Assembly: GCA_002269645.1 (NCBI GenBank)
Contig: NIVC01003847.1
Coordinates: 1-40,302, forward strand
Source of the DNA: Macrostomum lignano
Taxonomy: Eukaryota
Direction: 5' to 3'
DNA length: 40,302 nt
How positions within the stretch are numbered: position 1 is the first letter of the stretch; the number at the start of each line of letters is the position of its first letter. A program made the position numbers and the translations under genes. The notes beneath the pieces are model-generated. The model was not told the origin of the DNA, searched no databases, and saw only the letters and a list, made by a program, of their open reading frames with translations. This document shows positions 1-12,499 of this stretch, in pieces.

Positions 1-136
1 GATAATACAAAGCAAGAAACATTTGCGACGAAAATATTAAAAATGGGCAATTAGGTGACAAAAAATCTCTGGCACGCGAGGCTACGAAATCTCAACCTAT
101 ATGAGTATAAAATTCTAATTATGAAAATCAGAAATT

Positions 137-378
137 TCAACCCATGAGATCAGGAAATCTCAACCCATGAGACCAGGCAGTCTCAGCCCATGAGATCACG
201 AAATCTCAGCCATGAGATCAGGAAACTTCAGCCCATGAGATCAGGATTCAGGAAGTCTCAGCCCATGAGATCACGAAATCTCAGCCCATGAGATCAGGAA
301 ATCTCAGCCCATGAGATCAGGAAATCTCAGCCCATGAGATCAGGAAATCTCAGCCCATGAGATCAGGAAATCTCAGCC
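137..378. repeat. 23-bp minisatellite (TCAGCCCATGAGATCAGGAAATC), ~10 copies, in intron of the DDT-domain gene
   Basis: Unit read directly; a few variant or interrupted copies. Confidence 0.95.
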
Positions 379-453
379 TAGAAGATAACGTTATCCCATT
401 CTCCCAATAAAGTAACAACAATGCTGCCCATTAGAAAGGGTACAAATGCTCAC

Positions 454-1223
454 CCTGGGATCTCGCGAGGCCACCTGTCGATAGCCGGCCGGGCTGGTCT
501 CAATAGGAGCTGCAGCGGTATTCACCGGGAACTGCTGCTGTTGCTGAGTTTGCGCAGAAGCAGCAGCAGCAGCAGATGCGCTGCAATTCGAGCCAGGATT
601 CGAGCCGCAGCCTCCGCTACCAGGCTGCTGAATCGGCGGAGTTGCTCGTCCAGCTTCCTCTTCTTCATCGGCCGGCACAGGCTCCTTCCTAGCCAATCGC
701 AGCTCCCTGCAGTGCAGGCGCTCCATTCGGATCAACCGAACCGGATGCAGCTCTTCGTTGCCATGCAGATGGCCCTGCTTCATCTCGTCGATGACCAGCT
801 CGAGCAGGCAGGACTGCAGGAACACGCCCATGTCCGCTCGTTCTCGTTCTTCGACGCCGTCATGCGGGCGGTGAACCGCTCCCACTCCTCGGCGCACGGA
901 CCGACCACGATCTCGTACACCTGGTGCGACGAATTCGACTGGCCGCCGGCGGAGCTGCCGTTGCTGGAGCCTCCGCCGCCGTTTCCGACGCTGCCGGCGC
1001 CGTCCTCCAACGCCGCTACTGCCGACACCGCCGGAGCCGCTTTCGCCAAGCCGCTGCCTGTACAGTCGGTGATCGTCCAGTAGAAATGTCGCCGATTGCG
1101 CGAGTCGATGCCGCAGTTGATGGCAACCTGGCCGGTGTCGTCCTGGGCCGACTGTTGCGGCTCGTACTTCATGTCCTGCATCTCCCAGCCTGGGATGACG
1201 TCATCGTTTAGGTAGTCGATCAC
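454..1223 (-). CDS. CECR2: DDT/WHIM-domain ISWI-associated chromatin remodelling subunit (CECR2/Dikar-like; RSF1 less likely), coding exon 2, apparent 1-nt frameshift at ~834-835
   Basis: Acceptor ttccag|GTG at 1224/1223, donor AGG|gtgagc at 454/453. ORFs 780..1232 and 391..897 join to VIDYLNDDVIPGWEMQDMKYEP..GIDSRNRRHFYW..VYEIVVGPCAEEWERFTARMTASKNENERDMGVFLQSCLLELVIDEMKQ. This resembles, from memory, the WHIM motifs of CECR2 (EEEWRQVTESF..RERQLYKLLSEDFLPEICNM). Exon is 770 nt; +1 nt restores phase 0/0. Gene continues beyond the window start. Confidence 0.75.
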
Positions 1224-1335
1224 CTGGAACATTGAATTGAATTGAATTGAATTGGCTTAGCGAATTGGAAGAGTTGAGAGCCCAACAAGCTAATTAGTTG
1301 GTCAATTTGACAGACACTCAAAAAACTTTTTTAGT

Positions 1336-1760
1336 CTGCCAATCTATCAATTTATCTATCTACCTATCTACCAATCTACCTATCTATCAATCTACCAATC
1401 TGTCAATCTACCGATTTATTATTCTATCAATCTCCCAATCTATTATTTTACCAATCTATCAATCTACCAATCTTTCCATCGATCAACCTATCAACCTACT
1501 AATCTACCAATCTGTCAATCTATCAATCTATCGATCTACTAATCTATCAATCTATCACTCTACCAATCTACCAATCTTTAAATCTATCAACCTACTAATC
1601 TACCAATCTATCGATCTACTAATCTATCAATCTATCAATCTACCAATCGATCTACTAATCTATCAATCTACCAATCTATCTACTAATCTATCAATCTATC
1701 TACTAATCTATCAATCTATCACTCTACCAATCTATCAATTTATCAATCGGTTAATCTATT
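1336..1760. repeat. Degenerate CTATCAAT/CTACCAAT simple-repeat array in intron
   Basis: Read directly; lies inside intron 1822-1224. Confidence 0.9.
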
Positions 1761-1822
1761 AATAAATCCACCAAACTACCAGTAGAAAGTCAAACAAGCC
1801 ACATTTCAAACGCGCTAATTAC

Positions 1823-2253
1823 CTTCTTAAGCAGCCGAGCCTTAGACTCAAAGCTGAGATCGTCCAGCTTATTAGCGCCCAACAGTTTGGCAATATGCGG
1901 CCGCTTCTCCTGGAAGTACAGAGCCAGCTGGCGCTCCGCATTGGCCATGGTAACGTTGGGATCGCCGCTGCGCATGACGCGAAGCATTCTAGCCAGGATG
2001 TCGCGAACGGCACTGGTATCGGCGCTGTCTAGCACCCGTTCCAGATCCGTCAGTCTGACCTTGGCGAATCGAAATCTGCGCTTATGATAAACTAGAAAAT
2101 ACAGCACGCTTGGCAACTGCCAGTCTTCAAGTTTGCGAACAGTCGACCGACTGGATCCGCTGTCCGAGTGCTGGCGGACATGTTGGACAGGGGACCGTTT
2201 GACAGCGGACCATTGGACATTGGCCCGTTCGATAGCGGTCCGCCATTATCCAT
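1823..2253 (-). CDS. CECR2: CECR2/Dikar-like gene, coding exon 1 (DDT domain + WHIM1), apparent 1-nt frameshift at ~2132-2134
   Basis: ATG at 2253 gives MDNGGPLSNGPMSNGPLSNGPLSN..DPVGRLFA; the -1 frame continues KLEDWQLPSVLYFLVYHKRRFRFAKVRLTDLERVLDS..KLDDLSFESKARLLKK. This resembles recalled DDT starts (CECR2 WELPAIAHF; RSF1 ELERVL). Donor AAG|gtaatt at 1823/1822 joins in phase 0 to VIDY. Exon is 431 nt; +1 nt gives 144 codons. Confidence 0.75.
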
Positions 2254-2454
2254 GTCTGCTGTCGCTGTTGAAACAAATCTTCTTTCAATTTAAGAAGATG
2301 TTGCAGACTACAGGATGCAGAAAAAATATCTCCTTATTAATGGCGCAACGAATGCGCCTGCGGGGGCTCAAATCATTAAATTAAAACAAAATTTGGATGC
2401 GCCAATAAGGCTGCTGCACTTGGAAAAGGCGAGGCTGACTGGATAAAACTTAGG

Positions 2455-3911
2455 ATGGATTGCTAATCTAGTCAAAACACTATAATGAATTGTATGGATT
2501 GCTAATCTAGTCAAAACACTATAATGAATAGTATGGATTGCTAATCTAGTCAAAACACTATAATGAATAGTATGGATTGCTAATCTAGTCAAAACACTAT
2601 AATGAATAGTATGAATTGCTAATCTAATCAAAACACTATAATGAATAGTATGAATTGCTAATCTAATCAAAACACTATAATGAATTGTATGGATTGCTAA
2701 TCTAGTCAAAACACTATAATGAATAGTATGAATTGCTAATCTAGTCAAAACACTATAAGGAATAGTATGAATTGCTAATCTAGTCAAAACACTATAATGA
2801 ATAGTATGAATTGCTAATCTAGTCAAAACACTATAATGAATAGTATGAATTGCTAATCTAATCAAAACACTATAATGAATAGTATGAATTGCTAATCTAA
2901 TCAAAACACTATAATGAATTGTATGGATTGCTAATCTAGTCAAAACACTATAATGAATAGTATGAATTGCTAATCTAGTCAAAACACTATAATGAATAGT
3001 ATGAATTGCTAATCTAGTCAAAACACTATAATGAATAGTATGGATTGCTAAGCTAGTCAAAACACTATAATGAATAGTATGAATTGCTAATCTAGTCAAA
3101 ACACTATAATGAATAGTATGGATTGCTAAGCTAGTCAAAACACTATAATGAATTGTATGGATTGCTAATCTAGTCAAAACACTATAATGAATTGTATGAA
3201 TTGCTAATCTAGTCAAAACACTATAATGAATTGTATGGATTGCTAAGCTAGTCAAAACACTATAATGAATTGTATGAATTGCTAATCTAGTCAAAACACT
3301 ATAATGAATAGTATGGATTGCTAATCTAGTCAAAACACTATAATGAATTGTATGAATTGCTAATCTAGTCAAAACACTATAATGAATAGTATGGATTGCT
3401 AATCTAATCAAAACACTATAATGAATAGTATGGATTGCTAATCTAGTCAAAACACTATAATGAATTGTATGGATTGCTAATCTAGTCAAAACACTATAAT
3501 GAATTGTATGAATTGCTAATCTAGTCAAAACACTATAATGAATAGTATGAATTGCTAATCTAGTCAAAACACTATAATGAATAGTATGGATTGCTAATCT
3601 AATCAAAACACTATAATGAATAGTATGGATTGCTAATCTAGTCAAAACACTATAATGAATAGTATGGATTGCTAATCTAGTCAAAACACTATAATGAATA
3701 GTATGAATTGCTAATCTAGTCAAAACACTATAATGAATAGTATGGATTGCTAAGCTAGTCAAAACACTATAATGAATTGTATGGATTGCTAATCTAATCA
3801 AAACACTATAATGAATAGTATGGATTGCTAATCTAGTCAAAACACCAAAGGAATAGTATGGATTGCTAATCTAGTCAAAACACCAAAGGAATAGTATGGA
3901 TTGCTAATCTA
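2455..3911. repeat. 39-bp minisatellite (TGCTAATCTAGTCAAAACACTATAATGAATAGTATGGAT), ~37 copies
   Basis: Read directly; lies in predicted intron 3931-2265; source of spurious ORF 2368..3840. Confidence 0.97.
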
Positions 3912-3931
3912 CTCAAGCATCACTAACTTAC

Positions 3932-3992
3932 TTATCGGAATTCTAATGTGAAACCTAGTTCTTGGTCTGTCGAATTGCCGTTTTTTAAACAT
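3932..3992 (-). CDS. Candidate upstream exon (5'UTR or short coding leader) of the CECR2-like gene
   Basis: Strong donor ATAA|gtaagt at 3932/3931 and acceptor tttgtttcaacag| at 2265/2264. If spliced, ATG at 3992 is in frame with ATG 2253 (MFKKRQFDRPRTRFHIRIPITTAD-MDNGG). No homology support. Confidence 0.4.
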
Positions 3993-4387
3993 TTTTACAC
4001 ACTATTAACCTGATCTCCGAGTGGCTAGCTCAAAAGGTTGTAAAGAGTCAGCCGCGAGGCGGCCACAAAACAATTACTTATAGCCTAAACAAACAGTTTC
4101 AGAACAGAGACTTGAGCAAATTGATTTTACTTAAAATATTTTGTTTAGCCTTGGAGAGAGGATTTCAAAGCCCAGTTTGCTACTCAAAAACTGTTCTAGT
4201 GCAAGAATACTGAAAGTGAAAATCATTAAAAATAAAAGTAGAAATTTTGCTTCCCAAGAGAAAACGTGAGAAATCGAAAGTAGTTTAAAAAATCGATTTT
4301 TCAAACACCCATTTTATGGATCCGCTGGAGTGAGTACCCGTATGACAGTCTGCCCTAGTGTCTGCCTATCAATCAGTCAGTCTGTAG

Positions 4388-4700
<313 letters not shown>

Positions 4701-4814
4701 GTCTGTGTGTCTTGGTGTCTTATGTCACTATCTTAGTGCCAGCCTGTCAGTCTGTCAGTCAACACTGGAGACCGAATGCGGCAGGCCACTAATAAGTAAC
4801 TATCGAGTTATTTG

Positions 4815-6140
4815 AGAGGTTGGCTGGCGGCAAAATGGGCTTAGTTGAGAGTGAGTGAGAAGGACAGGGAAGAAACACGCACGCATGGGGATAATGCATG
4901 GCTAACCAGCACAGCCACACCAATCACTCCCCCCCCCAACCCAACTATCGAAACGGTGCGAGTGTCTGCTGCCAGAGTGAGCCCAACCAGTGGAGCGACG
5001 CCGCGACCCTCGCCTCCCCTCCCGCACCCCCGTCTCTCTCTGCCAAGCGCCGGAACTATTCTGAATAAAATAAGCAGCATAATAAGGGAATTTGCGATCT
5101 CCCAATGCCACCCCTGTCCACCCCTCTCTCGGCGCCGCGGAGGGATAGAGAGCCAAAAAAGTGGGGGCTCCAGTGAGGAGAGAAAGAGAATAGAAAGAAA
5201 TCATAGCACCGATCAATAATACTATGGGTGAAGCCCCAGACAGGGAGATGCTTGGCCAGCCAGAGGGAGGCGAGGAACACGGGCTCGGGAGGAGAAAAGA
5301 TCTCCTCCTCACATCCAACCCTAACCTCAACTCGCTCTCACCCTCTCTCTCTGCTTCGCTCGCAAGTTTTTTTTAGCCAACGGTTGCCTCTGAATGGCCC
5401 CAGCCAAGCCGCCACAAATCCCTATCATCTGCCCCTTCACCTCCATCCCAAGCGGCTCAGTCCGGGGAAAAGGAGAGGAGAAGCAAGAAGAAGACGGAGT
5501 ATAGAAAGCAGAAAGCAATCATGCCGGGGTGGGGTTGGTTAGGGGGGGGGGGCTGCAGATGGGGAGAGGTAGTCCCGGGCAAAGCTTCTCTCTATCAACT
5601 AAACACTCCTCAGACTCGGTTTTCATAGTGTTTCTATCGGTCAGGCCAATCCTTACTCTCCCCTATTTCCTAGTTAAAGAGAGTAGGAGAGGGACATGCT
5701 CTATTGGGGGCGGGCCGGGGGGGGGGCAGAGGTGGAAGAGCAAAAGCGGAAAGCAGCCAGTACGGGGGTGTCGGTCGGTCGGTGAAGGAACGAGGGATTA
5801 GGGAACTGGGAAGAGAAGACGGCGGTGGCAATGAAAAAGAGGAAGCACAGACAGAGGGAGAAGCAAAAAAGCATAAGAGGGGAGAGGATGGAGAAGAGTT
5901 GGTCACCAATCTGACACAGACATGGAGGAAGAGATGAGGAAAAATAGAGTAATTGGGAAGTGTCGGATAAGAGCCCAGGCCATAAGAGTGACGAGCGACG
6001 AACCGCAGGCGAGTGCACAGGAATTAAAGAGGCCAGCAACAAAGAAAATTAGGGCCCCAGAAAAAAAATTGGAAGCTGGCAAACAAATCCTGCTGGGCGA
6101 GAGACAATTAGCTACCAACCAATGCTCTCACTGAAAACTG
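4815..6140. other. Unclassified GC-rich, purine-skewed block, possibly a decayed mobile element
   Basis: Composition differs sharply from the flanks; bounded by (CTAT)n and (GTCT)n; short ORFs with no recognisable domain. Confidence 0.3.
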
Positions 6141-6183
6141 AACCGGCACTGATCTAATGCTATCAAGTTTAAATTAGCTGTTT

Positions 6184-6401
<218 letters not shown>

Positions 6402-6744
6402 TCAGTCTTTCTGGATATACTTTTATAAATATATATATTATACTTTATCTCACCTGCTCTATCCGCACGAGTGTCTATCTGTCAATCTAACTTCAAAGAT
6501 TTCGAAGAATTTGAGACACCCAAAGGGCGGCATTTTGTGTTTTTTGTGGAAAGTGAAAATGCAGAGCGCAGACGGATTATCAAGACAGGCAGGTTGTAAA
6601 AAGGATAGGAGATTTATTCAGCTCAAATTTCAAAGCGCTCACACAATGGCGTGTTATAAACAGATTTTGTGGGACCGAGAAGCATGGGCTGTTTTTTATG
6701 GAAAAAGAAAATTTAACTGGGATTGAAAAGAATCTTATTTTTCA

Positions 6745-7447
6745 GAGGGAGGGCAGCAGCAGCAGAGGAACTGAAGGATCGGAGGGAGGGCAGCAGCGGG
6801 CACTGAAGGATCGGAGGGAGGGCAGCAGCGGGCACTGAAGGATCGGAGGGAGGGCAGCAGAGGAACTGAAGGATGGGAGGGAGGGCAGCAGAGGAACTGA
6901 AGGATCGGAGGGAGGGCAGCAGAGGAACTGAAGGATGGGAGGGAGGGCAGCAGAGGAACTGAAGGATGGGAGGGAGGGCAGCAGAGGAACTGAAGGATCG
7001 GAGGGAGGGCAGCAGAGGAACTGAAGGATCGGAGGGAGGGCAGCAGCGGGCATTGAAGGATCGGAGGGAGGGCAGCAGAGGAACTGAAGGATCGGAGGGA
7101 GGGCAGCAGCGGGCACTGAAGGATCGGAGGGAGGGCAGCAGCGGGCATTGAAGGATCGGAGGGAGGGCAGCAGAGGAACTGAAGGATGGGAGGGAGGGCA
7201 GCAGAGGAACTGAAGGATCGGAGGGAGGGCAGCAGAGGAACTGAAGGATCGGAGGGAGGGCAGCAGCGGGCACTGAAGGATCGGAGGGAGGGCAGCAGAG
7301 GAACTGAAGGATCGGAGGGAGGGCAGCAGCGGGCACTGAAGGATCGGAGGGAGGGCAGCAGCGGGCACTGAAGGATCGGAGGGAGGGCAGCAGCAGCAGC
7401 GGGTACTGAAGGATGGGAGGCAGCAGCAGCAGCGGGCACTGAAGGAT
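6745..7447. repeat. 31/32-bp G-rich minisatellite (GAGGGAGGGCAGCAG[AGGAA/CGGGCA]CTGAAGGATCG), ~22 copies
   Basis: Read directly; source of overlapping spurious ORFs 6713-7594. Confidence 0.95.
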
Positions 7448-8250
7448 TGCAGAAGCAAGGCAGCAACTGGCCAACACAAAAGTAATGAAGCAAAAGCAAC
7501 CCGAAAATACGAGTTGATTAAAATAGGAATTAGTAATTAGATTTAACAGCTTCAGCACGGTATGCGGGGGGGGAGGCCGCACAGTGAAACACAAGCACCA
7601 GCTGGAGCTGGCACATAAGGGCTTGCAAAGTGTGTGAAATTATAAGAAAACAGCTTTACTTATTACAAACTAGAAAAGTGGGTGGTCCCGTAGTGCAGAC
7701 TGTCAGTGCGAATAGATAACTAGCCATAGCCTTTTTTAGACACGAACTCTCTCTCTCTCTCTCTCTCTGTTTCAATACGCGCACTATATAGAATTGCACC
7801 TGGCGTATTTGCTAGATACACCTATTTGATGTACTCGAATTAGTTAAGCTGAAGTGCGCATCGAGTTTTGAATAAAAAGTGGCTGAGCTTAGAGAAATTT
7901 ATAAAGAACTGCAAATTGCTAACAGTTTCATGTGACAAATATGGTTATAAGTATTATTTCCTGTTGTATAAATTAATGTGTGAGCACATTTTCAGGTTAC
8001 CCTGGCTCACAGATACTGCCCTAACTGACCTGGCAACTTTACACTGAACCAGCAACATATTAAAAATTTTTGATAAGGAGGAGAGACAAGCACAAAAAAT
8101 GAACAACTTTAATCTAAAGCTATGGGCTATGACGCCAATATGTAGGGCTGATGCGATAGAGATAAGAGGGGCAGGATAGCGGCATATTATTTGCATTTAT
8201 GCGGCAAAAACGGGCGGGATTATTAAGACAGATTTAGAACAAGTGCGACG

Positions 8251-8930
8251 GAGTGGGTGAGAGTGAAATGGAAATTAAAGGGGTGGTAATGCAGTGAGAA
8301 GTAGAGTGTAATGCAGTGAGAAGTAGAGTGCGAGTGGAGTGAGTAGAGTGGGAATGGGGGTGAGAATTAAAGTGAGGAGTAGAGCAGGGTGGGGTGAGAA
8401 GTAGAGCAGGGTGGGGTAAGGAGTAGAGTGAGTGAGAGCGGAGTGAGAAGTAGGGTGGGGGAGGGTGAGTAGAGTGAGAGCTAGAGTGGAGGGAGAAGTG
8501 GCTGAGCTTCTCTGCCTTCTCCCAAACCCCTCTCTCTCCCCTCCGCTAGTGTCTGCGCGGCCCTTCCCACTCTTTTAAAGAGGCAGGTGAAGAAAGGAGA
8601 AAATCTTGACAGCATAGTCAAAGTGAGATTGAAGTGAGAAGTAGAGTGGGAGTGAAAGTGAACTGAGAAGTAGTCGGAGTGGAAGTGAGGTAGGAGTGAG
8701 AAGTAGAGTGGGAGTGAGTAGAGTGGCAGTGAGTAGAGTGGGAGTGAGTAGAGTGGGAGTGAATAAAGTGGGAGTGAGTAGAGTGGCAGTGAGTAGAGTG
8801 GGAGTGAGTAGAGTAGGAGTGAGTAGAGTAGTGGGAGTGAGAAGTAGAATGAAAGTGAGAGTGGAGTGAGAAGTAGAGTAAGAGTGAAAGTGGATGGAGA
8901 AGTAGAGACGGAGTGGGAATGAGAAATAGA
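8251..8930. repeat. Degenerate GAGTGAG(A)AGTAGAGTG simple-repeat tracts (8251-8490 and 8611-8930)
   Basis: Read directly; interrupted by a ~100-bp unique segment. Confidence 0.85.
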
Positions 8931-9596
8931 CTGAGATTTGGAAGTTGATTGGGAATTAGTGCGAAAGTGTGGTTGAGAAGTAGAGTGAGAAATGACACAG
9001 AGAAACAGTAATAGAATAAGAATAATAAAGATGAGGGGATAAAATGTGCCGGAGAGGCAATCGCAAATACTCTCTGTCAACTGAAATGGAACTACTAACA
9101 CATCCCTCAGTCTCTCGTCTCTGCGGTTATATTAGTCAATTGAATTGAAGGGCTATAGAAAATTTATAATAACACAGACAGAACAAGACAACCGCGAAGT
9201 AAATAAAAAGACAAGAAATTAGCAGAAGAAAAGTGTCGTTATTCGACCGCCCTATACCACCTCAGCTTAGCAGGAACACAGTCGAGCAATTTAGAATAGA
9301 TTCTATTAAAGAGCTTTAGCCCAAAAGCAGCAGAAAATACGCTTAGAGAAAGAGAGTAACAGAGGAACCAACACGCGAGTTTCGCGCACACGCAAAATAA
9401 AGAGCTGCTGCAAGCAGCAAAAACACCCGCCAACCCCACCCGCCCCCCTACCTCAGCGAACCCTTAACGGCAATAACGCTCACCACTCGCAGTGCACTCT
9501 CTGCCTTCTCTCATACCCTCTCTCTCCCCTCCGCCAGTGTCTGCGCGGCCCCTTTCCACTCTTTTAAAGAGGCAGGTGAAGAAAGGAGAAATCTTG
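8510..9596 (+). repeat. ~100-bp direct repeat pair (8510-8608 and 9499-9596)
   Basis: Both copies read CTCTGCCTTCTC..CTCTCTCCCCTCCGC[T/C]AGTGTCTGCGCGGCCC..CCACTCTTTTAAAGAGGCAGGTGAAGAAAGGAGAAA(A)TCTTG, with few differences. Confidence 0.9.
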
Positions 9597-10288
9597 GCTA
9601 TTTTCGGCGCCCAAAAACCCCCTGGTATGCGACAAATTAGTCATTGCATTATAATAGTTAATAATATCTTATCAAATATTAAATACAGATTATCTCAAAG
9701 CCTACACATTTTCTATTAGAATTACTATATAAGCAAACAATTAGGTATGAATAATATTTAATTAAATTAAAATGCTATTTAGAACTGAAACTGTTACCTG
9801 TTGTTTTGTACGCTACGGTTGTCAAAAATGTCTACTCGTAATTCCAATGGTCAGTTGACCCCCTCTCCTCAAAATTCGGTGGATGGTCACGACCCCTTAT
9901 GTAAAATATCTAAGGCAGTTATTACCAGCGAGGACCACCCCATTTCCAGATGCTGTCCTGTCCATATCACGCCATTTAACAAAGCAATTTTTACTTTCTA
10001 CTAACAATTTTTTTCGCTAAATTGTGCTTACACTTTTCCTTCTTTTATTTTTATTATCCTCCAACTCTCATGCAGCACAACGCGAACAATGTAATGTACA
10101 ATGAGTGCACAAGTGAGCGAGTGGGTTGCAGTGAGTGTGAGTGCTTTCTCAGTTCAAGTCGCGGTCAGTAAGTCTGAATAGAGAACTCTATAAGCACACA
10201 AGAAGCTCAATCTCACTCGCTTCACCTTAACAATGTAACTTAGCGCCTTAGTTGATTGCCAAAATAATACAATACATGCAAACACATA

Positions 10289-11068
10289 CAGCTAAAATGA
10301 CCGTGATTTCAGAGCTAAAATGACCGCGTTTTCAGAGCTAAAATGACCGTGTTTTCAGAGCTAAAATGACCGTGTTTTCAGAGCTAAAATGACCGTGATT
10401 TCAGAGCTAAAATGACCGTGTTTTCAGAGCTAAAATGACCGTGTTTTCAGAGCTAAAATGACCGTGTTTTCAGAGCTAAAATGACCGTGATTTCAGAGCT
10501 AAAATGACCGCGTTTTCAGAGCTAAAATGACCGTGTTTTCAGAGCTAAAATGACCGTGTTTTCAGAGCTAAAATGACCGTGATTTCAGAGCTAAAATGAC
10601 CGCGTTTTCAGAGCTAAAATGACCGTGATTTCAGAGCTAAAATGACCGCGTTTTCAGAGCTAAAATGACCGTGTTTTCAGAGCTAAAATGACCGTGTTTT
10701 CAGAGCTAAAATGACCGTGATTTCAGAGCTAAAATGACCGCGTTTTCAGAGCTAAAATGACCGTGTTTTCAGAGCTAAAATGACCGTGTTTTCAGAGCTA
10801 AAATGACCGTGTTTTCAGAGCTAAAATGACCGTGTGTTCAGAGCTAAAATGACCGTGTTTTCAGAGCTAAAATGACCGTGTTTTCAGAGCTAAAATGACC
10901 GTGTTTTCAGAGCTAAAATGACCGTGTTTTCAGAGCTAAAATGACCGCGTTTTCAGAGCTAAAATGACCGTGTGTTCAGAGCTAAAATGACCGTGTTTTC
11001 AGAGCTAAAATGACCGTGTTTTCAGAGCTAAAATGACCGCGTTTTCAGAGCTAAAATGACCGTTTTTC
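10289..11068. repeat. 23-bp minisatellite (CAGAGCTAAAATGACCGTGTTTT), ~34 copies
   Basis: Read directly. Confidence 0.97.
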
Positions 11069-11826
11069 TAAGCCTTTATGGTTTATGCTTTTTATAGTTA
11101 ACAAATATGTTAACGAAGACTTTATTATATTTAACTTAACCTCTACAAAATTACCCAATTAATAACAATATTAAGCTCCAAAAAAACTTTTGCTCTGAGG
11201 CAGAATACGGAGGCTAGGCAAGGAAAATATAATTATAATTGTAAAGTAGGAAACACCAAGCCTTTCAACTAGAACTGTTGAAAATAGCAGTCATAAAAAG
11301 TCAGATAGTTTTTAGTCCAGCCGAAAATGAATAATTACAAAAAAGCGAAGCACTGAAGGCCGCGTTAGACAGTCCAACCTCACAAAAGGTAATAAAAGTT
11401 CACGAAGAAGGATAAGCTTCCTGATCAGTACTACTACTAAGCATTTCTAAAGTCTGCTTTTTTCAATATCCAAAAACTGACCAAAAAAACCCGAACCAAC
11501 TGGTTACTGACTGTAACTTGCTGTTGCCTAACCAGACAGAAAATAATGCATTAGCTGGGGCGGAAAAGAAAATAGAACTGGAAAGAAGGAACAAACTGGA
11601 AGGACGGTTTGGCAAAGAAGGCGGGCGGCGCAGGCGGGCGGCAAAAGATCAAAGAAATTCTAGAAGAAGTCTGCGAATCGCCACCTCGCAGTTAATAAGC
11701 CTGCCAAAACAATAACAGTAATAAAAGGGAGTTTTGTATAGTCTTATGCGCATAGCTAGAGACAGAAAGCCAAAAATTAGACTAAACATATGATGGCTAT
11801 ATAGCTATATGATCACATCTCTTCTT

Positions 11827-12479
11827 GGAGTCCTAGACAGGGTCAGGGAGGCCTAGACAGGGGCAGGGAGTCCTAGACAGGGGCAGGGAGTCCTAGACAG
11901 GGTCAGGGAGGCCTAGACAGGGACAGGGAGTCCTAGACAGGGACAGGGAGTCCTAGACAGGGGCAGGGAGTCCTAGACAGGGACAGGGAGTCCTAGACAG
12001 GGGCAGGGAGTCCTAGACAGGGACACGGAGTCCTAGACAAGGGCAGGGAGTCCTAGACAGGGTCAGGGAGTCCTAGACAGGGTCTGGGAGTCCTAGACAG
12101 GGAAATGGAGTACTAGACAGGGAAATGGAGTCCTAGACAGGGAAAGGGAGTTCTAGACAGGGAAAGGGAGTCCTAGACAGGGACAGGGAGGCCTTGACAG
12201 GGACAGGGAGTCCTAGACAGGGACAGGGAGTCCTAGACAGGGAAAGGGAGTCCTAGACAGGGAAAGGGAGTCCTAGACCGGGAAAGGGAGTCCTAGACAG
12301 GGAAAGGGAGTCCTAGACAGGGAAAGGGAGTCCTAGACAGGGAAAGGGAGTCCTAGACCGGGAAAGGGAGTCCTAGACAGGGAAAGGGAGTCCTAGACAG
12401 GGAAAGGGAGTCCTAGACAGGGAAAGGGAGTCCTAGACAGGGAAAGGGAGTCCTAGACAGGGACAGGGAGTCCAAGACA
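11827..12479. repeat. 20-bp G-rich minisatellite (GGAGTCCTAGACAGGG[A/G/T][C/A]AG), ~32 copies
   Basis: Read directly. Confidence 0.97.
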
Positions 12480-12499
12480 TAACCAGAAGGTACGAGACA

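Noticed and set aside
421-1083. 220-aa plus-strand ORF
   Set aside because: Antisense shadow of the GC-rich CECR2-like exon; no domain recognisable.
2368-3840. 490-aa ORF (HTIHYSVLTRLAI repeats)
   Set aside because: It is just a stop-free frame of the 39-bp array, and it lies inside a predicted intron.
6713-7594. Overlapping Pro/Leu/Cys-rich ORFs; likewise 27336-28189, 30608-31015 and 39170-40009
   Set aside because: All are translations of tandem arrays.
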